Source of the DNA: Promethearchaeia archaeon
Lineage (GTDB): Archaea; Asgardarchaeota; Lokiarchaeia; Sigyniarchaeales; SOKP01
Assembly (NCBI GenBank): GCA_029856105.1
Contig: JAHQWH010000224.1
Coordinates: forward strand, 1 to 64,000
Direction of reading: 5' to 3'
Length of the DNA stretch: 64,000 bases
Below the pieces are notes generated by a model, which was given only the letters and a program-made list of their open reading frames with translations, ran no database searches and was not told the origin of the DNA. This document shows, piece after piece, positions 28,750-39,307 of the stretch. A program made the translations under genes and the position numbers. How positions within the stretch are numbered: the stretch's first letter is position 1; every line of letters begins with the position of its first letter.

Positions 28750-30155
28750 CCTGATACCTTCTTATGTATTTTAAGTAAATAATTTTCTTGTAATTCATAT
28801 TTTTCAACTTCCTTTTTAATAGTTGGTCGATAATTCAACTCAAAGAGTAATGGTTTCCCCATGCGTATTAATTCTAAATGCTCTTGAACCCTTTTGGGGT
28901 TATATTGTATAGTTTTAAAATACTCTGACAAAGGTTTTATAAATAAATACCAATACCAGAAGGTGAAAAATCGGGATTGACCTCTATTAAAATTACTTTT
29001 AGAACTTCTCATTTCTTCATGATGTTTCTTAATTTCCTCAGATGAGCAAAAATTATAACCGTTAGTGGTGAAAATCCATGTAGGAATTAATGATAAATAT
29101 ATTCGATTCTCAAGATAAATTGGTTTTATCTTTACAGCAAGATGCTGGAAATTAAAGACATCTCCCGTGGTTTTTGAGGTGTAAGCTTTTAGACATGTTA
29201 AACCTTTAGAACCAGATACCCATCTCTCTCTAATTCTGTCCCAATCTTTTTTACTTGTATCTTTTTTTGGGAAAACTCGCGGTCTAAATTTATAGTAAAC
29301 AGTTTTGGATTTTAGGATATAACTTAGATGCTTTTTTCTTAAAAAACATAATTCCTTGATCCACTTATTTATTAACTCAAATATGTAGCGCCGAGTAGAT
29401 TCTTTAGATAACCAGTCATGAAGATCTACTAATTTGAGAGTATCAAAATCAATTATATCTCCAAGCTGTTCTAATTTTTCTACCTTACTAATTGTAATAA
29501 ATTTTTCTTCCTTTAGAATAAAGGGTGGTAAAATCACTTTTTTCTTTTTAGCTTCCTCAAATATATTATAATAAGTTCTAAATTCCGTATCAGCTATGCA
29601 AAATAATTCTTTAGGGATTTGAACGGGAATTAGATTAGCAAATAAATAACCTAATTGCTTAACAGGCTCAGTTTCAATTCCTTCTATCCGATTTAGCTCT
29701 AACTCATATCGGTTTTTATTAACTACCTTATATCTTTTTTCTCTCAATTTTTTTAGAATTTCTGGAGAGTATTTATCCCGTGTAAGATCCGAGTGTGTAT
29801 GAACTTGGTCATGATGATTTAAGCATAGTAAAATAAGATTATCAAACTCATTATTTTGTGATACTTCATAGGGATCTATGTGATGGATTATGACAGGTAA
29901 TTTGTTTCCAAATTTACATAAAACACATTCAAATTCGCTTTTATTCAATAGTTTGTAGAAATCCTTGTTTGGAATTCGTTTTCTCTTTATTTTTTCTTTC
30001 CATTCTTTGACCTTGTTCTCTGAAAAGATTTTTAGTAATTCTTTAATAGAAGTTGTTCTTATTTTGGTTAAATTATAATCTCGATTAAGAATCTCCTCAG
30101 CATGCTCTTGAGAAATCCCATATTGCATTAATTTAGCTTTTCTTTTTAGAATCAA
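28746..30155 (-). CDS. HNH nuclease-APAZ fusion, effector partner of the short Argonaute
   Basis: CVLC...HHIDP......N...NLILLCLNHHDQVH (HNH); APAZ-like C-terminus (ANLIPV, PPFIL, HLAV, L.PTW.FT.NG, N......FW); ATGA overlap with ago. Confidence 0.85.
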   Translation of the reverse strand: MILKRKAKLMQYGISQEHAEEILNRDYNLTKIRTTSIKELLKIFSENKVKEWKEKIKRKRIPNKDFYKLLNKSEFECVLCKFGNKLPVIIHHIDPYEVSQNNEFDNLILLCLNHHDQVHTHSDLTRDKYSPEILKKLREKRYKVVNKNRYELELNRIEGIETEPVKQLGYLFANLIPVQIPKELFCIADTEFRTYYNIFEEAKKKKVILPPFILKEEKFITISKVEKLEQLGDIIDFDTLKLVDLHDWLSKESTRRYIFELINKWIKELCFLRKKHLSYILKSKTVYYKFRPRVFPKKDTSKKDWDRIRERWVSGSKGLTCLKAYTSKTTGDVFNFQHLAVKIKPIYLENRIYLSLIPTWIFTTNGYNFCSSEEIKKHHEEMRSSKSNFNRGQSRFFTFWYWYLFIKPLSEYFKTIQYNPKRVQEHLELIRMGKPLLFELNYRPTIKKEVEKYELQENYLLKIHKKVSG

Positions 30156-30347
30156 TTTTTACAACCCTTAATAGCTTATTTTGATGTCCTTATCTTTAAC
30201 AAAAAAGTAAGAACTTCAAAGTCTAATTATTAAAGGTTTATTTAAAAATTAGTGGAGTTTAAAAAATTAGAAATTTCTTGTTTTTAGATTTATATATATA
30301 CTTTATAATAGTATTTTTTTAACCTAAGTAATTTAATATTAATTTTT

Positions 30348-33341
30348 TTATTTAAACTTATTAAACATTATTTTTGGGAGTTTTTCAAAAATTACCTCAA
30401 TATCATCAAACCAGTAATTTAAATATTCATTAATACGTGATTTCAATTTTGTAGTATCATCAGTTCTTAGTAATAATTTGAAATATACTTCATATCCTTT
30501 ATATGTAAACTTCCTTTCAACATTTTTGATTTCAAATAAGTTTTTAAAACCTATTACTTTATCTGTCCAAGCTAAGTGTTCAGTACCTTTAGGATCAATA
30601 AATAATATGGTATAATAATTATCTTTTTTCAACCAAAAAATGAAATCTGGAAAAAAATTCCTTTTTTTATTAGAATCATAGTATGGAATAAAAATTCTAT
30701 CTATACTTTCATCTATTTTACTAAAAAACCACCAATCAAATTCTTTAAATTTATTATCTTCTTCTGCTAAATACTCTTCTAAAGCATTGACAAATTTAAC
30801 TTCGCTTTCTACTTTAATAATATGTTTGATAAAATCGATATCTTTATCCATTGTCTTTAAGATAGGGTTATAATAATGGTTCTTGTTACTAACTAAATTA
30901 AACTTCTTTCTATTTATCGTGAATTCTTCCAAATCATGAAATCGTCTTACTTTCTCTTCATATTCTTCCCTTGAAATTTTTCCATATAAATCGTCTAACT
31001 CTTTCTTTTTCAAATTCAAATCTTTTGCAAGCTCAAGTATAGCTTCAAAATCTTCGAAATATTCCGCTTTAACACAAATCTTTTTATAATGTCCTATTTC
31101 TTCGGTTAATTCTTTTAACTCTATGTCTTTAATTAATGTAAGATCAAAAAAATTGAATAAATTTTGTATTTGAATATTCATATTAATATAATTATCAATA
31201 TTTAGAGAGAAATTTCTTTTATTCACTATGAATTCTCTTACTTTTTTTATTTTTTCAGGAGATGTATTAAAATTCATAAGAATTATCCTATCATCCTCTA
31301 TATAATTGAAATAACGAATTATTTCTTCATAATTTTTTATAGCAATTTTGTATTTAGGGATATTCTTATTTCGTAGAACTGGTTCATCGGAATAAATGGG
31401 CTTTGGGATGAGAAGAGGGATATCTTTTATCGAGGGGTTCTTCTTAAAAGAGGAGAGAATAAGGTCTATACTTTTTTTTCTTAAATCATCCAATTGTTGG
31501 AGGATAGTTGTAATTACTTCCCTGTTCGTAGCATATATAAAAAGCGTTTCTAAGGGTATTATGTTTTTCTTTAGTTTATTGTAATTTTTTTCGGATAATT
31601 CTTCATTTGGGATAATTCCCGCGTTAAATAAATGGTTTAATCGTTTTCTTCTATTTTTAATGGGTTCAATACGTACTCCACGTCCAACTGATTGAAGAAT
31701 GAATTTTTTTGAATCTTTTTTCAGTCCAATATTAATAAAATTAATTATATTTGGTCTATTAGAGTCCCATCCTTCATAAAATGATTGCGCGCCTATTAAA
31801 ATATTAGTACTTGAGTATTCCTTGTTTAATTCTTCAAAAAATGTATCTTCCTCGAACTTCTCTTGAATATCATAACCATATAATTCAGATTTAATCCACT
31901 TTGAGATATCTCCGATCTTAAGAAGTGCGAAGGGTTTATTGCTTGTTTTCAATTTAAAAGCTAATTCTTGTTTATTTGAAATCCTTCTGATTATCTCAAT
32001 ATCTCCAAGACTATTTGAATTATAGACGGATCTTAAAATATCTTTTTGTGTAATATTTCTGAAGTCAGCCACCTCATATTCAAATTTTGCTTTCGGCTCA
32101 AATGTATACTTGAGATCTTCGTTGAGATCTTTTATAAGACCATCCAAGGCAGATTTAAATAAACCTTTTTTTATTTGTTTTTTACCAATTTTATGTAGGA
32201 CTCTAAAAAAAAGTTTTAAATCAGCATTGTTAGTATTTACCGTTTTTCCTAAAACTAAATACAAGGGTTTATGGTATAAGTTTTTTTGAATCTTTAAAAC
32301 TTCTTGATATTTTTTTTTTGTATAGGTGAGCAGAATAAGAGATTTCAAAATATTTTCTACTTTTTCAATATCATTAAAGTCTTCTTTTTCTCTAAAACCT
32401 GCAATATCTTCGTGAAGAACTTTAAGATGCTTCCCAAATCCATTATTAGTAAATGTTGCTAGATTATATTCATAAACACAAGTTAAAATATCTCTAATAT
32501 CAATAAAGGTCGCTGAAAAATTAAACAGAAAACCATTTCTTGAGATTAAAGAAAAGATATATTGCCGTTTCGATTCTTCTTTATCTCCTTTATGTGCTTC
32601 ATCTAAAAAAACATAACATTCTCCATTATAAAAATAATTTCTAAAATCTATAATCCTTTCTTTTTGAATATCGCTTAGATTATCTGAACGGTAATAATAT
32701 ACAATTATATCTCCTTCTCTTAACAGGTGCCTTTGTTTCTTTATTTCGGGTAATTCTCTTAAGTCCTTTAATATAATATTGGAGTAATTATTATATTTAT
32801 TAAATTCTTCCACCAAAACTTTAAATTGATTTATTAGGTTATCTTTATGCGTTAAAAATAATATATCAATATCTGGAATTTCTCCTCGGTCAATTAGAAT
32901 TTTTAGGATATCAATCATTTTTACTATTATCAGAGATTTTCCACTTCCTGTAGCCATCCAAAAGCTCATTCGATTTATAAACTCCTTATAGCTTAATTTA
33001 TCTTCTACATCTGGATAGACCTCACCGAGAATTAGCTTTATATCTTCCCTAATTTTCTGAAAATCAATATCGATATCAGTATCTAAACCATTTTCTTCAT
33101 AAGCTTGAATTATTTTTAATTTTCTCGCATCATTTATATTTAAATGCTCATCTTTAGTAAAATCAGTCAGATTTTGATAATATTTCCATAAAGCTTTAAT
33201 AGCGTTCTTAACAGCATTTCGTTGATAAGGAAATAATATTTTATCCTTTGAAAAATTTAAAAAATTAAAATTTCTCCAATTCTCTTCCAAGAGGTCGAAG
33301 TTTATATCATCTATTATGTGCTGAAGTAGAATTTCAGTTAT
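30348..33341 (-). CDS. res: Type III restriction enzyme Res subunit (SF2 helicase + PD-(D/E)XK nuclease)
   Basis: YQ, MATGSGKS, DEAH, FSAT, EGWD..RP, QSVGRGVR, FPDFIFW...DPKG; probable ATA start at 33341. Confidence 0.92.
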   Translation of the reverse strand: MTEILLQHIIDDINFDLLEENWRNFNFLNFSKDKILFPYQRNAVKNAIKALWKYYQNLTDFTKDEHLNINDARKLKIIQAYEENGLDTDIDIDFQKIREDIKLILGEVYPDVEDKLSYKEFINRMSFWMATGSGKSLIIVKMIDILKILIDRGEIPDIDILFLTHKDNLINQFKVLVEEFNKYNNYSNIILKDLRELPEIKKQRHLLREGDIIVYYYRSDNLSDIQKERIIDFRNYFYNGECYVFLDEAHKGDKEESKRQYIFSLISRNGFLFNFSATFIDIRDILTCVYEYNLATFTNNGFGKHLKVLHEDIAGFREKEDFNDIEKVENILKSLILLTYTKKKYQEVLKIQKNLYHKPLYLVLGKTVNTNNADLKLFFRVLHKIGKKQIKKGLFKSALDGLIKDLNEDLKYTFEPKAKFEYEVADFRNITQKDILRSVYNSNSLGDIEIIRRISNKQELAFKLKTSNKPFALLKIGDISKWIKSELYGYDIQEKFEEDTFFEELNKEYSSTNILIGAQSFYEGWDSNRPNIINFINIGLKKDSKKFILQSVGRGVRIEPIKNRRKRLNHLFNAGIIPNEELSEKNYNKLKKNIIPLETLFIYATNREVITTILQQLDDLRKKSIDLILSSFKKNPSIKDIPLLIPKPIYSDEPVLRNKNIPKYKIAIKNYEEIIRYFNYIEDDRIILMNFNTSPEKIKKVREFIVNKRNFSLNIDNYINMNIQIQNLFNFFDLTLIKDIELKELTEEIGHYKKICVKAEYFEDFEAILELAKDLNLKKKELDDLYGKISREEYEEKVRRFHDLEEFTINRKKFNLVSNKNHYYNPILKTMDKDIDFIKHIIKVESEVKFVNALEEYLAEEDNKFKEFDWWFFSKIDESIDRIFIPYYDSNKKRNFFPDFIFWLKKDNYYTILFIDPKGTEHLAWTDKVIGFKNLFEIKNVERKFTYKGYEVYFKLLLRTDDTTKLKSRINEYLNYWFDDIEVIFEKLPKIMFNKFK

Positions 33342-33344
33342 TTA

Positions 33345-35882
33345 TTACCACCATATTAAGTCCTTTATTATCTTAAAATCTAAATCATCAAGATTAATAG
33401 TTTCGTCATTTTCAAATACTATTAAATTTTCTTCTATCTTTTTAATATTTTTTCCAAATAGATTAGAAAGAGATTCGTGTACATCAACTTTATCGTATAA
33501 TTTGGTAAAATCAACATTGACCGAATTTTTCTCATAATCTATTTCTAAAGCGTCAATCAATTTAGGGTCTTTCAAAAATATATAATTATTGTAAGGATCC
33601 TTTTGAGAAATCTCAAAAAACTCAGTATCTTTATATTTAGCTTTCTTTAAGATATCTTCATATTGTTCAAGTTCATAATACTTAAAAAATCCTCCACCTT
33701 GCCAATTAACCATTTTTGTAATTCCAACTTTTTTTATATTTTTAGTAGCTCTTTCTCTACCAGCTAAAACTCTCTTCATTCTCGGTAAGACAACCTTATT
33801 ATAATGTTCTCCCATTTCAATACCTATCCACTTTCTTTTTAATTTTTGAGCAACTGCACATGTAGTACCTGAGCCGAGAAAGAAGTCTAAAACGATATCA
33901 TTAACGTTACTCGTAGACAATATTATTCGGGCTAACAATTTTTCAGTTTTTTGTGTATTAAATCCCTGATTTTCATTTCGATTTATTGCAGAATGTCTGA
34001 AACTTTGTATATCAGTCCACACATTTCCAATTACATCAAAGAAGTATATCTCATCCCAGTCTTGGTCTATTTTTAATTTTTTAAAAAGAGATCTTTTAGT
34101 AAACATACCATTTTCCCAATATGGCATATACAAATCATTAAATATCGTTTTAATTTTTCCCTTTTCTTTAATCTTTGTGGTTGTAGCAATCAAATTAGGA
34201 CTAAATGGTTGAAATAGGCCATCTGAAAAATAGTTAATATAAGAATCCTCGATTAAATAGCTTTTAAGTAATTCTAAACATTGATTTGTAAATTTGGGTT
34301 TATTCTGACCTTTTAATCCTATGAGATATCTGTCTTTAATTTTTACAATCTTATTAAAGGTGAATTGATCACTTTTTGAGTAGTGTAGAATAATTTCCGA
34401 TTGTTCCACGAACTTCTTTGGTATTATTTCATGCTTTTTATTGAAACCGAGAAAAGTGCAGATATCAGCTCTAAAATTACCTTCTTGAAATATCGAATTT
34501 AAAAGGAATTTACCTAAATAATTAGCATTATCATCTAAATGCATAAAAATACTTCCTTTTGAGTTTAATAAATCTTTAGCCAGATCTAAACGATTCTCCA
34601 TAAATGTAAGCCATGTAGAGTCTTGGAATTTGTCAATATAATCAAAATCTTGACCAGTGTTAAAAGGGGGATCAATATATATGGTTTGGATTTTATCTCT
34701 AAATTTGTTCAAAATTGTTCGAAGACCTTGATAATTTTCGCTCTTAATAAGCCACCCATCTAAATTATTATGTAAATTATCAAATACATTTAATATATCA
34801 TATTTTATATCTGGAAAGTACTTGGTATCTATTGGAAGATATTTATAATTTAAATTAAGTTTCAGTCCTTCTAAATCTCTAACATAAATTTCTTTTTTAT
34901 CAAATTCTTCATCAAGTATACCAAGGTCTCTCCATTCTTTTATTTGCTGATCCAAATTTGAATGATTAAATATTTTTTTTATGATTTCAAAATCTATATC
35001 AGCAATCTTGTTAAGGGTTATGACATAATCAGAATTCTTAACAAATCTTGGTTTATTCCAGATTTTTACTAATTCGTTTTCAAATTGACTAATAAAATCA
35101 ATAATCTTATATGAAAAATCTCTTAAAATTTGAAGTTCACTAATGCGATTTTCCGTCCATTTACTCTCACCTTTGAAAATATATTCATAAATCCAGAGAT
35201 TGAATTGTTCTTTTAGAAATTCTTTTACATTCTTATTAATAAAAAAATCTATTTCACTTTGTTTATTAAAGACTTTAAATGCTTTAAGTACCAATTGTCT
35301 TGAAATATTTATACTATTTTCTTTTATATTTTTTAGAATTCCTGTTAGTTTTGCCTCACTCGGTTGAGCATTTATTACTTTAAAACTCAAATCATTATTT
35401 TCTCCTCTTTTCTTAAATTCAAAATATAATTGTTTGTTTTTATTATATTTATTCTTATCAAGAGAGTCCATGTTAAAACTGAATCGAAAATCCTCTAATT
35501 CAAAATGTAAATTTTCAAAAACCCTCTCAGTCTTAACATAATAGAGCATATGAGTCTTCCAAAAAAGAAATATATCTTTATTATCAGTATATACTCTCTC
35601 ATAAATATTTTGATGTAGAGGAGTATATTGAAAATATATCGAGCCAATTTCCGAAAAGTATCTTTTGAAAAAGGTGTATAACTTATCGAAAAACTCTTCT
35701 CTAAAATCTGAATATTCTTCTAATTTCTTGTTAATATCTTGTTTGAGTATCTTAAAAATTTTCTTAAAATACAAGGATTTAATTCTTATTAAATTTATAT
35801 AACCTGATTTAATTTCATCCTCAATTTCAACTCCTATAAATATTTTTTCTAATGTTTCATAAAATAATTCTTCCTTTGTTAT
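33345..35882 (-). CDS. mod: Type III modification methyltransferase (N6-adenine, beta class)
   Basis: YIDPPFNTG, TQK.E.LL.RII, DFFLGSGTT.AVA.KL.RKWIGIE, W.GGGFFKYYELEQYE; probable ATA start at 35882. Confidence 0.93.
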   Translation of the reverse strand: MTKEELFYETLEKIFIGVEIEDEIKSGYINLIRIKSLYFKKIFKILKQDINKKLEEYSDFREEFFDKLYTFFKRYFSEIGSIYFQYTPLHQNIYERVYTDNKDIFLFWKTHMLYYVKTERVFENLHFELEDFRFSFNMDSLDKNKYNKNKQLYFEFKKRGENNDLSFKVINAQPSEAKLTGILKNIKENSINISRQLVLKAFKVFNKQSEIDFFINKNVKEFLKEQFNLWIYEYIFKGESKWTENRISELQILRDFSYKIIDFISQFENELVKIWNKPRFVKNSDYVITLNKIADIDFEIIKKIFNHSNLDQQIKEWRDLGILDEEFDKKEIYVRDLEGLKLNLNYKYLPIDTKYFPDIKYDILNVFDNLHNNLDGWLIKSENYQGLRTILNKFRDKIQTIYIDPPFNTGQDFDYIDKFQDSTWLTFMENRLDLAKDLLNSKGSIFMHLDDNANYLGKFLLNSIFQEGNFRADICTFLGFNKKHEIIPKKFVEQSEIILHYSKSDQFTFNKIVKIKDRYLIGLKGQNKPKFTNQCLELLKSYLIEDSYINYFSDGLFQPFSPNLIATTTKIKEKGKIKTIFNDLYMPYWENGMFTKRSLFKKLKIDQDWDEIYFFDVIGNVWTDIQSFRHSAINRNENQGFNTQKTEKLLARIILSTSNVNDIVLDFFLGSGTTCAVAQKLKRKWIGIEMGEHYNKVVLPRMKRVLAGRERATKNIKKVGITKMVNWQGGGFFKYYELEQYEDILKKAKYKDTEFFEISQKDPYNNYIFLKDPKLIDALEIDYEKNSVNVDFTKLYDKVDVHESLSNLFGKNIKKIEENLIVFENDETINLDDLDFKIIKDLIWW

Positions 35883-35939
35883 AGTTCCTCACCTTTAATG
35901 TACAAGTCTTAATTTTTAGAGAATATGAGAATATTTTTC

Positions 35940-36935
35940 TTAGATTTCTTTAAATATATTCAAACAGGGTGTTTGAATTCCTTGAAATTTATTTTTCCAA
36001 TGATATACAACTCTTAGTATCTTTTTACCATTGGATTGAATAATACAATTAGTTTGATCATCCGCAAAAGCTATTTTTACATCGCTCTTAATTATCCCTT
36101 GAATCTCTTTTCCCAAATCATCTTTAGAAACGATGATTTTACCTTGTATTTCGTTAGTATAATAAACATAGTATATGTTAAGAATTTTAAAAATATCATT
36201 ATATTTCAAGTTCAAAATATGGTTTAGTTGTTCTCGGGTGTGATATCCGATATACATTGCTATTATAAATTTTTTTATATACTCGGGATCTTGTTCAATG
36301 TCCTTCAGATAATTTAAATAATCAATTTTGTCTTGTCTAGCGAATTTAATTATTGTACAAATTATTGATGCTACTTGACTTATACTTGGTGTATTTATGT
36401 AATTACAAACAACACTCGCAATATATTTTTTTCCTGTTTTTTCAATGAACTTCTTTTTGAGAAAAGCCCCTTTTTTTTTAATCTGATTATTTATAGAGCC
36501 ACTGCCTAGATTACTCGGATACTCTTTATATTCGTTCAATAAATCTAAAACTCGTTTAGGAAAGTTATAGTTGTCTCTATATTCACTCCAGGACATTATA
36601 TCTTCTTTTTTAAATAAATTAGATGTTGTTAAAGCCTCTTGGCTAATATTAGCCAATGTGCCTTTTCCTTTTTTCGATTCACTCATCTTTAATTCAATAT
36701 ATATCCAATCATCAGTTAATATTTTAATATCTCCAATTTCTCCTGCCCCATATGTATTTCCAATATGTTCTGCTTGTTTAATATCTCCGAAATCTCTTAT
36801 TATTGCTTTCTCCGTTTCTAATGAATGTTTAATCCATTTATTCTTTTTTTGTTTAGCAGATATAATTTTTTTGTTTAATAAATCAACCACTATCCTTTCT
36901 GCGTCTTCAATGTCTTGTCTTTCGTGTTGGCCCAA
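35940..36935 (-). CDS. Putative Type II restriction endonuclease (PD-(D/E)XK)
   Basis: E...GDI.......IELK catalytic-like motif; located beside a controller gene and a divergent methyltransferase. Confidence 0.6.
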   Translation of the reverse strand: MGQHERQDIEDAERIVVDLLNKKIISAKQKKNKWIKHSLETEKAIIRDFGDIKQAEHIGNTYGAGEIGDIKILTDDWIYIELKMSESKKGKGTLANISQEALTTSNLFKKEDIMSWSEYRDNYNFPKRVLDLLNEYKEYPSNLGSGSINNQIKKKGAFLKKKFIEKTGKKYIASVVCNYINTPSISQVASIICTIIKFARQDKIDYLNYLKDIEQDPEYIKKFIIAMYIGYHTREQLNHILNLKYNDIFKILNIYYVYYTNEIQGKIIVSKDDLGKEIQGIIKSDVKIAFADDQTNCIIQSNGKKILRVVYHWKNKFQGIQTPCLNIFKEI

Positions 36936-37003
36936 ATTTATTACCTTAAGAAATAATACTTTAAGTCTATTTTAAAAAGACATTAAAGGTAATGTCCAAA
37001 TAC

Positions 37004-37020
37004 TTACCAGATTATTACCA
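37004..37020. promoter_or_regulatory. TTACCA direct repeats (11-bp period) upstream of the putative REase
   Basis: ttacca at 37004 and 37015; same motif as 37327-37356. Confidence 0.5.
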
Positions 37021-37028
37021 GAAAAGAG

Positions 37029-37286
37029 TTATAGTTCAGATTTTATTTTCTCAGAAATTTTTTTTCCTAATTCAGTTAAAGTATAAATCTTTCCTTTTTT
37101 TGATGTTTCATTCAGACATTCTACAACATTTTTGCTTTTTAACTCTGATAAAGCACGACTTATATGAGATAATTGAATTTTTAATTCTTTAGCTAATGTA
37201 CTGGGTAAATAATTCTTATATTTTAGTTTTTCAACAATTAATCTTCGATAATTACTTGCCATTATATATCCAATATCATCCCACAT
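37029..37286 (-). CDS. Small winged-helix transcriptional regulator (probable RM controller)
   Basis: S.YRR.I...L.....PS.LAKEL....SHISRAL.EL....VECLN...KKGKIY.LT..G; ATG at 37286. Confidence 0.85.
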   Translation of the reverse strand: MWDDIGYIMASNYRRLIVEKLKYKNYLPSTLAKELKIQLSHISRALSELKSKNVVECLNETSKKGKIYTLTELGKKISEKIKSEL

Positions 37287-37326
37287 TATTATCAATTAGA
37301 AAATTTGAAATAAAGATAATAAATTA

Positions 37327-37356
37327 TATTACCATAATATTACCAAATTATTACCA
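37327..37356. promoter_or_regulatory. Three TATTACCA direct repeats, 11-bp period, in the divergent controller/MTase promoter
   Basis: tattacca at 37327, 37338 and 37349. Confidence 0.65.
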
Positions 37357-37410
37357 ATACCAGATTAATAAAAAAATATAAGTTTAAATTGAAAACACTA
37401 GAGGAATAAT

Positions 37411-38961
37411 ATGCTAGAACCGAAAGAAAATGAACTCAATAAAGAAAAAGATTTAGGATTAGTTACGACTCCCCTTAAAACTGCTGAATATATCATTTCG
37501 AAGCTACTACCCTTAGAGAATAAAAGAATCTTAGACCCTTGCGTCGGCCCCGGTATTTTTATTAAGAAACTCCTTGAAGCGGGTGTACGAGAATCTCAAA
37601 TTCAAGCATTTGATATTAATTCTGATTATAGAAATCAAATAGAAGCTATGGGTGTTAATTTTAAAAAACAAGATTACTTATTATCCCTCTCGGCTTTTAA
37701 CTATAATGAGTTTGATATAATAATTGGAAACCCTCCATACTTGAATAAGGCTAGTCAATATGTGAGAAAAAATAAATCTAAATTACAAAAGATATATGGT
37801 AAGATAAATGCACATGAAACATATTCCATGTTTATTGTTAGTAGTATTAGGAGATTAAAAAATCGAGGAAAACTGGGTTTTATCACTAGTGATTCTTTTT
37901 TAACACTTAATACCCATACAAAATTAAGGAGATTTATTTTAAGTACATGTAAAATTATGGAAATTCTGTTACCTCCTAAAAATTTATTTGATGATCAAAA
38001 TGTTAGCACGAGTCCTGTAATCATTATTTTAGAGAAATGTTCAGGTAAAGAAAATAAGAAAGAGAGATTTAATAACATAGTAAGAGCAATTCCTCGAATA
38101 ACAAATGAGGAAGAATACTTAAATCCCCTGAAAATATTTGAATTTAAACAAGAAAGATATCACCAATTACCTTTTCAAATATTTTTTACTAATATTGAAG
38201 AAGAAATAATTGATTTGTTTGCCAATTCCTCTCGATTGGAAAATTACATAAAAGGTGATATAGGTATGCATACTCGCAACAATTTGGAACATATTGCAGC
38301 TATTGAAGGTACAGAATTAGCTGAAATTTTTAAAAAACGAAATAAAAGTATCAAGGATCAAAATAAGCAATATACTATAATAACTGAAGAGGAATTAAGC
38401 TCTAATAGGTGGAAACCGTATATGAAGCGTGGAGGTGGTGACCAATACTATAGACCAATAATGGAAGCTGTTGATTGGAGAGAGGAATCTGTAAAAAAAT
38501 ACATAATACCAAAAAATATTGAATTCCAAAAAGAAGGAATCGTATTCAGTGGTGTTAGTTCACGATTAGCCGTAAGATATATGCCAGAGGGGTGTTATTG
38601 GGACTCTAATAAAGCAATTGGCTTCTATATTATAGATCAAAATATCTCCATAGAGTATGCATTAGGAGTTCTTAATTCTTCACTATATAACTACCTAATG
38701 AAGGGTATTTTAAATAATACAAACTCTATTCAAATAACTGGAATCAAGGCATTACCATTTATCCCCCCCGATAATGGTATTAAAGAAAAAATTGAAAATT
38801 TGGTTAGAATAATTATTAATAATAAAAAAAAAGATTGTAATTATGATTATACTGAGGAACAAAAAGAAATTGATAATATTATTTTTGAATTCTACACAAA
38901 ACGGTTTAATTTCAAGGAAAACTTGAAAAAGAAATTAAATAAATACTATTCTATCTATTAA
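37411..38961 (+). CDS. N6-adenine DNA methyltransferase, gamma class (TaqI/Eco57I-like)
   Basis: LDPCVGPGIF (motif I), IIGNPPY (motif IV), G.LGFI, C-terminal LGVLNS..LP.IP target-recognition region. Confidence 0.92.
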   Translation: MLEPKENELNKEKDLGLVTTPLKTAEYIISKLLPLENKRILDPCVGPGIFIKKLLEAGVRESQIQAFDINSDYRNQIEAMGVNFKKQDYLLSLSAFNYNEFDIIIGNPPYLNKASQYVRKNKSKLQKIYGKINAHETYSMFIVSSIRRLKNRGKLGFITSDSFLTLNTHTKLRRFILSTCKIMEILLPPKNLFDDQNVSTSPVIIILEKCSGKENKKERFNNIVRAIPRITNEEEYLNPLKIFEFKQERYHQLPFQIFFTNIEEEIIDLFANSSRLENYIKGDIGMHTRNNLEHIAAIEGTELAEIFKKRNKSIKDQNKQYTIITEEELSSNRWKPYMKRGGGDQYYRPIMEAVDWREESVKKYIIPKNIEFQKEGIVFSGVSSRLAVRYMPEGCYWDSNKAIGFYIIDQNISIEYALGVLNSSLYNYLMKGILNNTNSIQITGIKALPFIPPDNGIKEKIENLVRIIINNKKKDCNYDYTEEQKEIDNIIFEFYTKRFNFKENLKKKLNKYYSIY

Positions 38962-39104
38962 AATAACATTTATGATATCTCAATGCTATTAATTTTAATA
39001 AATCATAAGGGATAAAAAATTTTAGACCCTTTCTGGTTTTTGAATGAGTTTTTCCCGGTTTAGAATAAAATCTTACGGATATTAGAGGATATGTTAACAA
39101 TTAA

Positions 39105-39236
39105 GATTTAGCTTCTTTAGATAAATATTTAGAAAGAAAGGAGAAAGAAAAGGAAAAAGAGGAGAGAAACAAGAAAAAACCCTTACTTTTTGAAATTGCT
39201 GGTAAGGATAGAGATGATTGGTTACAGGAACGCTAA
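39105..39236 (+). pseudogene. Probable 3' gene remnant without a start codon
   Basis: 43 open codons (DLASLDKYLERKEKEKEKEERNKKKPLLFEIAGKDRDDWLQER) directly after an in-frame TAA. Confidence 0.3.
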
Positions 39237-39307
39237 AACCACAATATTTGATTCTTAACTCATAAATTACTAAAAGGTCGTTCTTATTCTGTGGTAACTA
39301 TATTCCC

